Shown: positions 48,975 to 61,622, counted from the stretch's first letter. The stretch: DNA of 64,000 nucleotides from Octopus sinensis (GCF_006345805.1 NC_043011.1:2232001-2296000), one strand, 5' to 3'. Made by a program: numbers and translations. Notes: generated by a model not told the origin, from the sequence alone.

Positions 48975-49206
48975 AGAGGTTGATGACTATAGACTGACTA
49001 TTGCCAAATTTAAACAGATAAATAGTAACTTTGAAGAAACCATAGAAAAGTTACATATTTTGCTGCCAACCTTATACCATAGAATATATTTATGGAGATT
49101 CCTGACGCACATAATAGCCATATAATATGGAATAATCATCATATTGTAATAATCATCATATGGTAATAATAATAATAACAACAACAATAATAATAATAAT
49201 ATTAAT

Positions 49207-51952
49207 AATGATTTCTTTTATTTGTCGCCAAGGTAATTGATGAGGGGACAATACAAAGATAGACATAAAGTGTTGGGGTTTACATATGATGGAATGATAA
49301 AATATATACACAGTATACATTAGTAGAAGGAAAATATAGATAGCATATGATGCTAGAAAAAAAGGGAAACAAGGATTGTGATGGGGTATCCCCCTGATTC
49401 AGGGAGACCTCTAGGAATGGCTGGGCAATCATCATTATGGACTCGGACAACAGATAGATCTGATCTACAGGTGACAGCAGCTGTTTGACTTAACTCCTCA
49501 AGTCAGCAATGCCCGGACACTGAACGAATGCATCAAGAATGGTTTCGTCAGTCTGTGAGGACTTCTGACAAGCCTGTCTGACAGCACATCAGTGTCTGTA
49601 GGGTTTATCTCGAACCGGTAGCGACTCCTGGTAGCACTGCCAAAGACATCTAGAAGTTATCCATAACAGTCCCCGACTGGAAAATCCTCCGGAATAGATT
49701 TGCCAGTTCTTCTTCGTCGATGCCTGGGGCCTCCCAAGGACATCGTCTCACTTCCCCTCTTTAAATATCAAAAGTGGACCATCCACCTATCCTGTTGCCT
49801 GACTTGTAGAGGACAGTGAGCACCAGATGACATTATAAGTGCCAGGCACCCAGTCTCGGCCTATTCTTTGCCCAAGACTGCAGCTCTGTCAAGGAGGTGA
49901 GCTCTGGAAAGGCATGTCTCACAAACAGAGCTCACATACATTCACCTTCTAGAAATCCCTGCATCCCGTTCTCAGCACAGCCATGTTAGTCAGAGAAAGA
50001 AAATGAGGGGGCTACTCAGCTTGGTTTTCGAGAAGCCCAGAACTTCCAGGCTTCTCTACTGGGGGAAAACTTTTAAAAGGCGTTTCCAACAGCCTTTTAT
50101 CAATAGATTTTTTTAATCCCCACACAACCTGGGAAATTTTCTATCATACTTTTATAAATGTCTGGCGACGTTTTAATTAAGAGCCTGTCCTTGGGTGTTT
50201 TGAGGATGAAATCCTCAAATTCCTTTCCCTCTGTGTCTATACTGTTTATATTTTAAGTTTTAAAATCCATCAATTCACTGTTACAATTATTCACAACAGT
50301 GAAATTGATGGATACATTACGTCTACAGTCTCATGAATATTTTTGAAGTTCTGTAATCAGTTGTTTCTGGGTTTTTGTAAGTTTATGCTGTTGTTGATGA
50401 TGTTGCTGTTTTTGAACTTGTTGTTCTTGTTCTTGTTTTTGTTGGAGTGGCTGTGAATTGTGTTCCAGTTGTGGTTACAGGATAAGTTTTTGTTGATTTC
50501 TTGGAGTAGGACGATGTACTCCCCTCCTCTTTCACCTACCTTCTTTTGTCACTGTGATCCATTAATTGTTCAGCTCTTCCTTCTCCATGTCATTGCAGTT
50601 GATGTCAGTTTGGGAGGAAGAGCATTCAGAAGAGACTTACTTTTCTGTGGCAATGGGTGGTAGACTTCTTCTTTGCCTTGGTATGGGAGTGAGTGTAAGT
50701 GTTGACTGCAGTGAGACTTTATTTTTCTTTGTTTCAGGGCAAGAAACCTTTAAGTGTTTTATAGATCTACATTTATGGATCTTGGTTTTCTATCCTCCAC
50801 GAACACTGACAGGTGAGTGCCATCAGGGAGATCGATTAGATCGAGCAGCTGGTCGATATGGTCCTGCTTGCATTGCAAGGTCAGCTCCTTACCTATACCT
50901 GACCAGTTTTGCTTAGGTAGTTTCTTGACCTCCAGTATTGTGACGTCGACTTCTCCTAAACCTGCCATGAAGGCTGCCACAAACCAGGCAATGGATATTT
51001 CTGTCAGCATATTTAGCACCTTAATCTTGGCAACACATTAGCCACGATAGCTGGGGATTAAGAAAAAGTTGTCATTCTTCAAAGTGGTTGTGGAATTACA
51101 TCTAGCTTCTTCTTCCATCCCAAATCTTACCTCAATGGTTCCAAACTTCTTTCGTCAGGTGGTGTGGGTCTTTTGTTCCCACACGTGCCCAAGGCACTTT
51201 TGAACTTCGCTCTCAGGAGCATTTTCCACCCACCAAGACTTGACTTCGATGCAACCATATGTGACCATGCATCTTGCGATATTTTCTATCACGTCATATG
51301 GAGGTTTTAGAGCTACCCTTCTCTCATCTCTTTTTACAATTTTTCTTGCAAATTTTAATTCTTCTTCATCTATGTAGAAGCATTTCATATTTCTCGCCGC
51401 TGACGCAAAAGACGGAGGGGCAATATTTGCATTTTTATGTTCTGCTTCTTTTGTATTGTTGTTGGTGTTATTATTGTTGTTGTAGTTATTGCTGCTGCTG
51501 CTGCTGCTGTTGTCCTCTTTGTCGACACTGAAAGTTTTGATGCTGGTCAGACACGAAGCATTTTCCGCTTCGGTGGCGTCATTAAGTTTAAGCCATTTGA
51601 TGTTGATATTCTCAATTTTTTCCTTGCTCTCAAAATTTCTCGATAAGGTGCGCGTTTCTTTGTTGAATATTATGATGGCTTCTTTATCAGCCATCTTCAG
51701 AAATTTAGAAAAAATTCCACAATATTTGTTTTTGCTAAAAGCAATTAAAATTCAAGCATTATTTCTGCCCCCCACCTGCAAAACAGGGGGGTGTTTCTAC
51801 ACAAAAATACTACCTGCACAATCCAGACAATCTCAGAAATGTAATAATAACAACAGAAATGAAAAAAACAGGGCCTTAGAAGACCGGAAAAATTACAAAT
51901 ACTTTTTCAACTTATGGAGCCTAAATTTCTGTGACTTCATAGTATGGTGGCC
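49207..51952 (-). mobile_element. Tx1/L1-type LINE, internally deleted (ORF1 + end of ORF2), in an (AAT)n tract
   Basis: ORF1 with frameshifts ends in the knuckle-like VEDRKPR..CRSIKHLKVSCP. ORF2 C-terminal remnant ...LPVRDK...TDETILDAFVQCP. No APE or RT core seen. 3' end aataaagaaatc. Both flanks read (aat)n-attaat (49186-49206; 51953-51993). Confidence 0.7.
51155..51694 (-). pseudogene. N-terminal part of LINE ORF1 (gag-like)
   Basis: 179-aa ORF MADKEAIII...PPSFASAARN.... Continues in other frames as GTIEVRF...LIPSYRG..AKIKV and in the 50759-51019 ORF. Confidence 0.65.
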
Positions 51953-51988
<36 letters not shown>

Positions 51989-53535
51989 TTAATGATAATG
52001 CATCGTATTAGTTAATGTTGCCTTTCTTGTGATACCAGGAGTTATTGTCAGTGATGCAGGAAGGGCTCAACGTTTGCAGTATCTGTCATTCCTTGGCATA
52101 TACTAGTTCCCGTGTGGAGATACAGTTTGCAGCTATCTTGCATATGCAGTATGCATCTTGTAATTCTTTTTATTGAATTGTAGAGCTAATTCTCATGAGT
52201 AGAAATCTTTACTTCCGATATTGAAGAAGTTAATCATTGTAAGTCTGCATGATGCAGTGAAAACCACATTGGTTTTGAATTTTCTGTTAAGCTAATACAG
52301 ACACATAATATGGAGATGGCTGTTAGAAATAAGCAAAAGTTTTTAGTTGACTACCTCCTCCAGGAACCTTTTTGTTAAGGCCATATTTAATTTGATAGCT
52401 TAATATTAAAAACTACTGTGAAACAGTGAACCCAATTATCTCTAAACCCATTACAAGGAAGCCCATGGGTATTAATGATTTCACTTATGGAGATACTATA
52501 GTTTCTGTTAATTTTCTGTTACATAGATTTCTAAGAATGCATAAATCTATCTACCAAAACTGCAGTTACATTAAACTTTAAACTTTAAATAAAAATGTGA
52601 TACTTAACTTTTTGTGAGAAGCATTTGTTCTATTATTTCCAGATATACTCCAATGCAAACAAACGATAACAATAGTGTGTTTGACATGAATATATAAAGA
52701 AATTAAGCATGTAAATAAATTGATATTTTCAAGTCATTAATTTAAAGAAAAAAATTGTTGGGTTGTCAAAAGTATAGCAACAAGATAAACCAGTTATAAA
52801 ATAAGAAGGTTTTGATATTGAAATTGATGATAAGCAAAAAGAAAACTGCTTATGACATACAAACCACCTTTCTAGCAAGAATGTTTGACTTAGTAAAATA
52901 TATTGCAAATATCAAAATCAAATAAATTTCTATAAAACCATTCAAAAAGCACAAAAACTGTCTTAATGCAAGGAAGACTATAGACAATAAAAGAGTCTAG
53001 AAGAGAAATTTACATACTACCCACAACATAAGAAAGCTGTTAGGGTACACCAAAGTGAGAACATCTGAATATAAGCTAATAGCTTTAAACTGAAATGAAA
53101 AGTTAATTGCTACAAGGAAAAACCTTTTGCATGAGAAAAGTCACCAAGAAGAACATAATCAACTGGAAATTTTGTGATAATGCAAAATCACCCGACAGTA
53201 TTGTAATGAAGCCTTCTGCATTCCCCATTAGCATTTCATTGTGTCACTAGAAAGCATATTCAAATCCTACATGCTCCAATTTATTTAGCTATAACAAATA
53301 AGTCTTGCATACTTCTAGGGCAGTTATCAGCAGTAGAACACAAACCTACTTGTCATTACATTTCTTGGTCAATGGCTATTTCTTTGGCAATTGAAAGCAA
53401 TAATTGTCTGAAGTGTATATATTACTCTAATGCAAGAACTGAATGAAACTGAGTAATTGTGTTTCAATTAACTTTTGACATAACATTTTGAGAACTTTAG
53501 TAAAATAAATATTATTTTCATTAGGTGTTGTGAAC

Positions 53536-53888
53536 AGGTGCAGGAGTGGCTGTGTGGTAAGTAGCTTGCTTACCAACCACATGGTTCCGGGTTCAGTCCC
53601 ACTGTATGGCACCTTGGGCAAGTGTCTTCTACTATAGCTTCGGGCCAACCAAAGCCTTGTGAGTGGATTTAGTAGACGGAAACTGAAAGAAGCCCGTCGT
53701 ATATATATATATATATGCGTGACAACCGATGCTGGTGTGTTTATGTCCCCGTTACTTAGTGGTTCGGCAAAAGAGACCGATAGAATAAGAACTGGGCTTA
53801 CAAAAGAATAAGTCCTGGGGGTCGAGTTGCTCCAGCATTGCCGCAGTCAAATGACTGAAACAAGTAAAAGAGTAAAAGAGTAAAGAGT
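53536..53888 (+). mobile_element. SINE family A
   Basis: Head and tail with two small deletions. Confidence 0.9.
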
Positions 53889-54301
53889 ATGAAATATAAA
53901 AAAAGTTCTTACAGAGTTATAAAGAAAGGTACTGTAAGTAAAGATTACACACACAGACATATAATTAACATTATCTATCACACACACAGACACACACAAA
54001 CACAAGTTAGTAGTTTAAAAGCAAAGAAACTAATTATTCTTTGCTTTTACAGTACTAAACTATGATAGGAAATTTATTCTGTTTACTCTTCACTGCTTTA
54101 GACTCTTATCGTAACTATGGTTTACTAAATACACCTGTATTTATTCAGGTGAGAAACGCAGCTAAATACTAGATTTTAATAGCTGCTGGATGATCAGTAA
54201 GGATCATGTTTATCTCCTCTCTAATAAGACAATAATCCTTTTATGCTAACACAGTACTTTATCTATCCAGTGGATGTATGTTTTATACTGCTCACCCCCT
54301 T

Positions 54302-54715
54302 TTTTTTTTTTTACTTGTTTCAGTCATTTGACTGCGGCCATGCTGGAGCACCGCCTTTAGTCGAGCAACTCGACCCCGGGACTTATTCTTTTGTAAGCCC
54401 AGTACTTATTCTATCAGTCTCTTTTTGCCGAACCGCTAAGTGACGGGGACATAAACACACCAGCATCGGTTGTCAAGCAATGCTAGGGGGACAAACACAG
54501 ACACACAAACATATACACACACACACATATATATATATATATACATATATACGACAGGCTTCTTTCAGTTTCCATCTACCAAATCCACTCACAAGGCATT
54601 GGTTGGCCCGGGGCTATAGCAGAAGACACTTACCCAAGATGCCATGCAGTGGGACTGAACCCGGAACCATGTGGTTGGTAAGCAAGCTACTTACCACACA
54701 GCCACTCCTGCGCCT
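54302..54715 (-). mobile_element. SINE family A
   Basis: Complete copy, tail-to-tail with 53536-53888. Confidence 0.9.
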
Positions 54716-54861
54716 ATAAAAAAAAGACATTTTCCCAATGTGCTGTACAGCAGGACTGAACTGGAGTCCTCATGGTTGGGAAGCAAGCTTCTTAACCACA
54801 CAGCCATGTAACCCTTTCTACGATATATTTTTTGTATATTTTTTTGAATAACACCTGTGTA

Positions 54862-55020
54862 TTATTACCTCCGCCTTAGCGAAGGTGGAGGTATTGTTTT
54901 CAGTTGTGTTTGTTTGTTTGTCCATTAGATGGATTTGGATGAGACTTTCAGGGATGTTTAACCTTGTGACTGGCATGAACTTATAAAATTTTGGGATCGA
55001 TCCAGTATCAGACAAGGAAT
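54862..55020 (+). mobile_element. Helentron-associated (HINE/DINE-like) element fragment
   Basis: Starts ttattacctccgcc with the hairpin tacctccgcctt-agcg-aaggtggaggta, then (gttt)n and ggatttggatga...gatcgatcc. This resembles HINE 5' architecture. Confidence 0.6.
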
Positions 55021-56206
55021 GTTGTTTGTTTTTACCTGTTTTTCTACTTTATTTTCGAGAGCAGTCGGGTTCGTTACATGCGGTGTGTGTGTGTTATTAG
55101 CATTAGCATCATCATCACCATTTTAACATATACTTTTCTGTGCTTGCATCAGATGGATGGAGTATATTGAAGCAGATTTTCTACAGCTGGATGCGCTTCC
55201 TCTTTCCAAGCAAGAAAATATTCCCTGAGGCTAAACTTGTTTATGTAGAATATTGGAAATGAATGAAACTCATTTACAACACTTAATCAATGCCCAGACA
55301 TGCACACACACACACAGGTGTAGGCATAGCTGTACTGTTAGGAAGCTTCCCAAATCTCTCTCTCTCTCTCTCTCTGCTTATATATATATATATATAATGT
55401 TATATATATATATTTAGATATGTAATCTTAGGTTTAAAAAATTCTTTGAGAAGAAACTTTATACATTGAAAAGCAGCAAAACAGTGCGAACTGGTCAGTC
55501 AAATATGACTTTCTCCTACTTTTTATTTCTTTGGCAAAATATATTTTGTAAAAAACTCTCTTCTCTCCAATCAGACTTAGAAAGATATGCTTTTTTTTTA
55601 GTAAAATTATTTAGTTTAAAACCTTTTTCTGTGAAATCAAACTTATAATATAAGTAAAAAAAGAAACAATGATTTTTTTTCAGTAAAACCTTTTTATGAG
55701 AAAACAGCCCTAGTATATTTAATTATATATTATTGATAGTGAAAATATTTATGTTCTATGTGGGAAAATAAAAGTTGTTTTATTTTACAAAAAAATTCTA
55801 ATACATAAAAAAATTTGGCACATTTTCAAACATTTCTCGTCATTTTTCATACATATATAAGTATACAAGAAGAGGACCCGGCGTTGCCCGGCAATAAAAC
55901 AACAGTTTTTTTTATTATTTTACTTGCTCAGTCATGTGACGGTGGCTATACTGGAGCACCATCTTTAGTCGAAGCAATCAACACCAGGATCTATTATTTG
56001 TAAGCCAAGTACTTATTCTATCAGTTTGTTTTGCCAAGAGGCTAAGTTATGGGGATAGAAACACAGCAACATCAGTTGCCAAGCGATGGTTGGAGTACAA
56101 ACACAGACACAGACACACAAACACACACACACATACATATATATATACATTCATACATATATATATATACATATATAATCAAAATAAGCAACAAGAATGA
56201 CTCCGG

Positions 56207-56299
56207 TAATTTGGTACGATCATTTCGTACTACATCATTTTATTAAATGTTATAAGTATTACAACAGTTTTAAAATGCTGAGCACTCATCAGCCAATTA
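56207..56299 (-). ncRNA. Type I hammerhead ribozyme (GUA site)
   Basis: Stem I UAAUUGG/CCAAAUUA (1-nt bulge). Core CUGAUGA (56292-56286). Stem II GUGCU/AGUAC with a 49-nt loop. GAA. Stem III AU-gauc-GU (one change from the palindrome ACGAUCGU). A17 at 56215. Confidence 0.75.
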
Positions 56300-57380
56300 T
56301 AGAGGTTTTCCATTAATACAAAAATTTTCATATCAATTGGCAACATTATAGAGAAGGTAGATATATAGACAAAGATGTAGATTTAAATTTTAAGAACATT
56401 TGAGGTAGTGGAGCCCATCAACTGACTGACTAAGATTCAGTTGTTCCAGACTACTGTAAGGTTCTGAGAGGAAAGGAAAAATGAAAGGAGACAACAAAGA
56501 TTTTCTAATTATAGAAATGGGGTAAAGGGGATGTCATAGCTCCATATAAGGAATTTATGTAGAAAACAGCATTGTCACAACTAAATGCCAATTACTACTA
56601 TTTGATGAACAGATTCAGCGTTAGGAGAACTAGGTCAATGTCAAGTGGTCACAATAACATTCACAGAGAATGCAGAGACCTTACAAACCCTATGCACATC
56701 ATCACAACAGTTGGTCAATAAGTTCCAAGTACTTTGACACGTTAGAATAAAGGAAAAAATATAAATCTAAAATTTATTCAATTTGGAGAAAAAGACTATC
56801 ACTTATTATGAGTAGGCATAGTACTTATTAACTGGGGGAAAAAGCCTTATTAATCAAGTGAACATATTAGGGGTCAAAATATATACTAAGAAAGATGGAA
56901 GAGGGAAAATCAAAGAAGGAAGTTATTCATAGGTTTAGTAGGTGATATTTTATAATATGAAGAGAGGTAATTTAGAAGAGTAGATTATTCAAATTTCATG
57001 GATAGTGAGTTGATATTAATGAATTAAAATATAAGATCTGCTGAAAATAAAATTTACTACCTGTGGATAAAAGTTAATTAGTTAGGTAAAAATATCCTAG
57101 GTTAATTATATATTAAGAAATGGGAGTGAGATAATCAAGGTGAACCGAATAGTTTCTTTAGGGACATAGGATTCATACTATTTAGTATTCCTACTATTTG
57201 GGATTCATACTATTTAGGATTCCAACTATTTAGATTCATACAGTTTAATTTTAGAAAAAAGAAGAATTCAATTTTAAGTTTGCAGTGAAGTTTTTTTAAG
57301 TCACCTATGAATGTTAAATTCCTTCTTATTTGATTATAAAGAATTAAAATTTGAAAAATATAGGAATATCCACAAAATTA

Positions 57381-57746
57381 TTATTTAAAGTATTTAAACG
57401 TTTGGGTCGTACAATGTATACAAGATACTCCCAGCTCCAAATGGTTATTCAACAGATTTGTATTACTCTGATGTTTTAAAATTTCATATGTTTCCATAGA
57501 ACAAAGTTGACAACCATCCCTACTATTTCTATAAGGTTGCGCTCTTCTTACTATACCCCATTTTAGGTTGATTTCTATATTATTTGTTTTTAGTTCCCAA
57601 ATTTTGCTAGATAATGTTGGGCAACCTGCCTTATGTTTGAGCCTAAAAGAGGAAAAATGATTGTTTAAACGTTTTTTAAAATCTACCGAACAACCGAAAT
57701 AAAGAAAGTTATTGTTTGAAGTTATTATCGTGCATTTATAAATCAC
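57381..57746 (-). pseudogene. GIY-YIG endonuclease of a second Penelope-like family (5'-truncated)
   Basis: IYKCTI...YFGCSVDFKKRLNNHFSSF...TLSSKIWELK...KWGIV..AQPY...CQLC..E..ILK...LLN...E...C.H. Confidence 0.85.
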
Positions 57747-57771
57747 GTTTTGTATATATATACGTGTATAT

Positions 57772-57824
<53 letters not shown>

Positions 57825-57961
57825 TTATATTATATAGAGGGCATTATTACACATAAATGCCACATGCTAGGAGGGACTCTTAAAGTCAAAACTACTAAAA
57901 TAAATAAACATATCGTACCGAATGTAACTCTCGAAGCAAGTCATTTAAAAGCAGAATTCAA

Positions 57962-58024
57962 CTGCATATCACCTGTGATTTCGTAATCAGTGCAGTGGTG
58001 TGTACTCTTTACTAGTCAGTGCAG
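57962..58024 (-). ncRNA. Hammerhead ribozyme relic with G8U core substitution
   Basis: Stem I CUGCA/UGCAG. Core CUGACUA (58019-58013). Stem II GUAA/UUAC. GAA. Stem III AUCA-cagg-UGAU. A17 at 57967. Confidence 0.6.
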
Positions 58025-58222
58025 ACATAATTCATGATTTATAATGAATGAACAAAATCAACATATGAGACGAACAATCATCATATCCAACGTAGTATCT
58101 AGAACTGTTCACTCCTTATATATCTATGTAAATGGCGGGCTTTTTCAAATTGCATTTCGGTAACAACGTGATTATTTGGAATGAAAATTCACAGAAGATG
58201 ATTACATGTATATGTATATAGA

Positions 58223-58825
58223 TCTCTAAGAGAAGGTCACCCTAATATTAGATCAGATATGCAGAGAATTGCATATCTGCTGATGTGAGGAAAAAATATC
58301 TATGAATGCATCTTAACCTGCTTTTTACACATGTGTGCCTAAGTTTCTCCTCTCTCCCCACCATACACGAATCTATATGTCAGGTCACTTTTGAGGTCTC
58401 TCATTGCGTGCCACTGATAACATGGAATTTAATACAACTAGTTGCATGGAGGGTCGTTGGCAACTAAACCAAAACCTTCACTAGGCTTGCCTGGTGAGAA
58501 GGGTTACCAAAAAACCAGCAGCACAAAAAGTAAAACTTGTTAAAAAGATGGCTCAATCTCGTGTAGGTTCAACAATTACCTAGCAACTGTAAAGGCCTTC
58601 AGAAATTCTGGATTGGGGTTCGATGTGCTTGAAGACCACTGGGAGTGGGGTATCCCTTAGTTTACGTTAAAATATGTCTCTTGGAGAAGGTCACTTTGAT
58701 ATAAAACCATAGATGCAGGGATTGGCATATCTGCTGATGTGGGGAGTAAAGCATCCATGATTGCATCTTATCCTGTCTTTTACACATTGTTTGTGCTTAA
58801 TTTTCACTCTCTCACTGAATCTATA
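58223..58825 (+). repeat. Diverged ~150-bp direct repeats 454 bp apart
   Basis: tctct..gagaaggtcac...gcatatctgctgatgtg...tgcatctta.cctg.cttttacaca...gaatctata at 58223-58377 and 58677-58825. Confidence 0.75.
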
Positions 58826-58826
58826 A

Positions 58827-58879
<53 letters not shown>

Positions 58880-58950
58880 TAAATGTTTATGTATGTGTAT
58901 ATATGCATATATATATGTATACATATACATATGCATATAAATGCATGTAT

Positions 58951-58993
<43 letters not shown>

Positions 58994-59078
58994 TTATTAT
59001 TTGAGGGAATAAGATCCAAACTTATAAGGAAAAAAATTCAATTTAGAATAAATCAAATTTCACACAATATAATATTAG

Positions 59079-59280
59079 AAAAAAACACCTTTTATCAATT
59101 CAAAATGAAGAATTAAATTATACCACCTAGAAAATTACATATAATAGAAAAGTTAAAATTAAAATAACAATACAATGTAAAGATTAAGTAAATTGCAAAA
59201 ATAATAATAAAGACGTATATGTAATTTTCTAGATGGTGCAATTTAATTGTTCATTTTGAATTGATAAAAGTTGTTTTTTT
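59079..59280. repeat. Long imperfect inverted repeat (54-64-bp arms, 74-bp spacer) in a (TA)n-flanked island
   Basis: 59089-59142 versus 59217-59270, 4 mismatches, extendable by A/T runs. Confidence 0.85.
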
Positions 59281-61622
59281 TAAATTTTATATGTGTATAT
59301 ATATATATAAATGTGTGTATGTATATATATATAGAGAGATAGACAAGAGATTATACATGGTATTAAATCAATTATAAAAGATTTTACATAAATGTAAACA
59401 TAAACATATTTTGGCAAAGAAAAAATTGTCCATATCTGTCTTTATAGTTGCTTCAAAAATTCTGCCACTGGTTGATGCAATAATGAGTATTATGCAAACA
59501 GGCTTACATACTGATGAAATAATATACAAGAAGTAAAATAATAATCAAGACATAAACATGAAATATTGATATATTCAAGCTGAAAGCATTGAAGTGCCAA
59601 ATTTTTTTATTAAAAAGACAAGTGGTAAAATACAATTTTTATAGTAATAAACTGATTCTTAAGAGCATAGAAACAGCAATAAAAAGGAGGAGAAAGAGAG
59701 GGATAAATAGTGATGAGTTGGGAAGTGCATAAAGAATAAAGGCTGTGCAATCAAGAGTGAGAACATGGAATGGAGAGTATAGAAAAAAGAAAGGAGGAGA
59801 ATGAAAACAGTGAAGAACAGGTGAAAAGGCCATGTGTTTCATTGGAACCAGACTAATGGAAATGTATCATAATTCTAAGTTTGACAAAAAGAGAGTAGAA
59901 AAGGAAGAACAAAGGGAATTCATTATAAGAAAGAAGGGAAGAAAGAAAAAAGAAAGGGGTGAGCAAATTAGTCCTCCTCTTCTATGTGGGTGACAAAGTA
60001 ACTTCTTGGCTGCTGTAATACAGAATCCAAGAGTGTAGACAAGACAGAAGTCAATTGAAAAATTCAAAAATTACAAATTGAGAGACCTGAAAATAAGAAA
60101 AACTGATAAAATAAAGAAGAATAAAGGTAAATTAGTAAATGTAGAAGGAGAGGTTAAAAAGAAACTGATCCTTATATAAACAGGATTTTGAAGAGTTTAA
60201 GTTTTAGGAATAAAAGTGTATCATAATTCTAATTAAACCCAGTTTAATTGTCATCATCATCAACATCATCATCATCATGTGCACTTTTCCATGGTTTGCA
60301 TAGGTCAAACAATGTTTGTTGAAACAGCTTTTCTATGGCCAGATGCCCTTCTTGGTGCCTACTATCAGCTATTTCCAAGCAAAGCAATATTTTTCCATGG
60401 CTAGACATTTTTTATAGAAGACTGGAAATGAACAATATGCTCAATTACAAACATATACACATGCACTTGTGGGTGACAAGCTTCTTTCAGTTTCCATTGA
60501 CCAAACACACTGAAAAGGCTTTGGTTGGCCAGGGACTACAGTAAAATACACCTACTCTAGGTGCTGTAAAGGACATGTTTGGGAAGCAAGCTTGTTATCC
60601 ACACAGCCATACTGATGCCTATATTTGTAGATTAATAAAGAAGGAAATATAAAAGATAGGATGAAAATGTTAAATCAAGATGCAGATTTATAATTATCAA
60701 AAAACAATTTGTGCTTATTGATCCATGGTATAAAGTACACAGTTTAAAAAAAACACCAAGGCTGCTAGAATGTAAGTGCATTACACTGTTTATTAAAGAG
60801 AAGATCCCTCTTTTCACATATCTCATCAGTGGATTGCAATGTAGTACAGCCAACTTGGTAAGGTCTTCCTGAAGACAGAAGACAGAGAAAAATCCAATAG
60901 AAAAGGAAGCCGGAGGAAAAAGAATCACCAACTTTTTATATGTGGTTATATATAATGTATAAAAATATCCTCTTGACTTGCACTAAAATGTTTCAAGTTT
61001 ATTTTGATATTTTGTCAGCTGATTTCTTTTCATCATGATGTAAGAAAAGCTCATTTTTCTTACATCATAAAGAAAGCTTTGATGAACCATTGAAATAAAT
61101 ATAAAATGCTTTGGTGCTTGTCTAAAGAAAATAATATTATGCATAAAAATGCACTAATGCCAAACCACAATTTCTAATTCACACACACACAGAGTTGTAC
61201 ATATACACGTATCTAGATGGGATATTTAGTATTCACATTGATATCAAACAAATCGTACAAGCTGTTGATTGTACATGTTTGAGTTAGAATATAATATAAT
61301 ATAATATATAGAATGAGGATATAACATTCTAAATTGTTTACAATAATAACTTGGAAATATTCTTGTTTCAAATTTCTCGCTGTTTCTTGTGAAAGAAGAG
61401 AAAATGAACTTATTTTCACTTATTTTCACCTGAAGTGGCAGAAATGCTATGGTTCTTTATTTAGCTTAACACTTGCTTCAGAAGAGATTAAAAACAGATA
61501 CTGATGTGAGTGAAAAAATGTAAATAGCTTCACAAGCTACAAAAGGTTTGTGATTGTAATTGTTATGTAAACAGCCCATAGGTTGTTGGTGTGATAGCTA
61601 TGTAAGATGTAATAGTAACACA

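Larger units (their letters stand above)
56178..57750 (-). mobile_element. Penelope-like element 3' fragment between (TA)n tracts
   Basis: GIY-YIG ORF, ~1.1-kb 3' region with a 16-bp minisatellite (~57170-57242), and a terminal hammerhead. It adjoins the microsatellite middle of a family A SINE tail (55915-56175, minus). Confidence 0.75.

Noticed and set aside
59850-60150. Gag zinc-knuckle relic (PLLCG.QSNFLAA)
   Set aside because: Only one of the four knuckle ligands remains; purine-rich low complexity could explain it.
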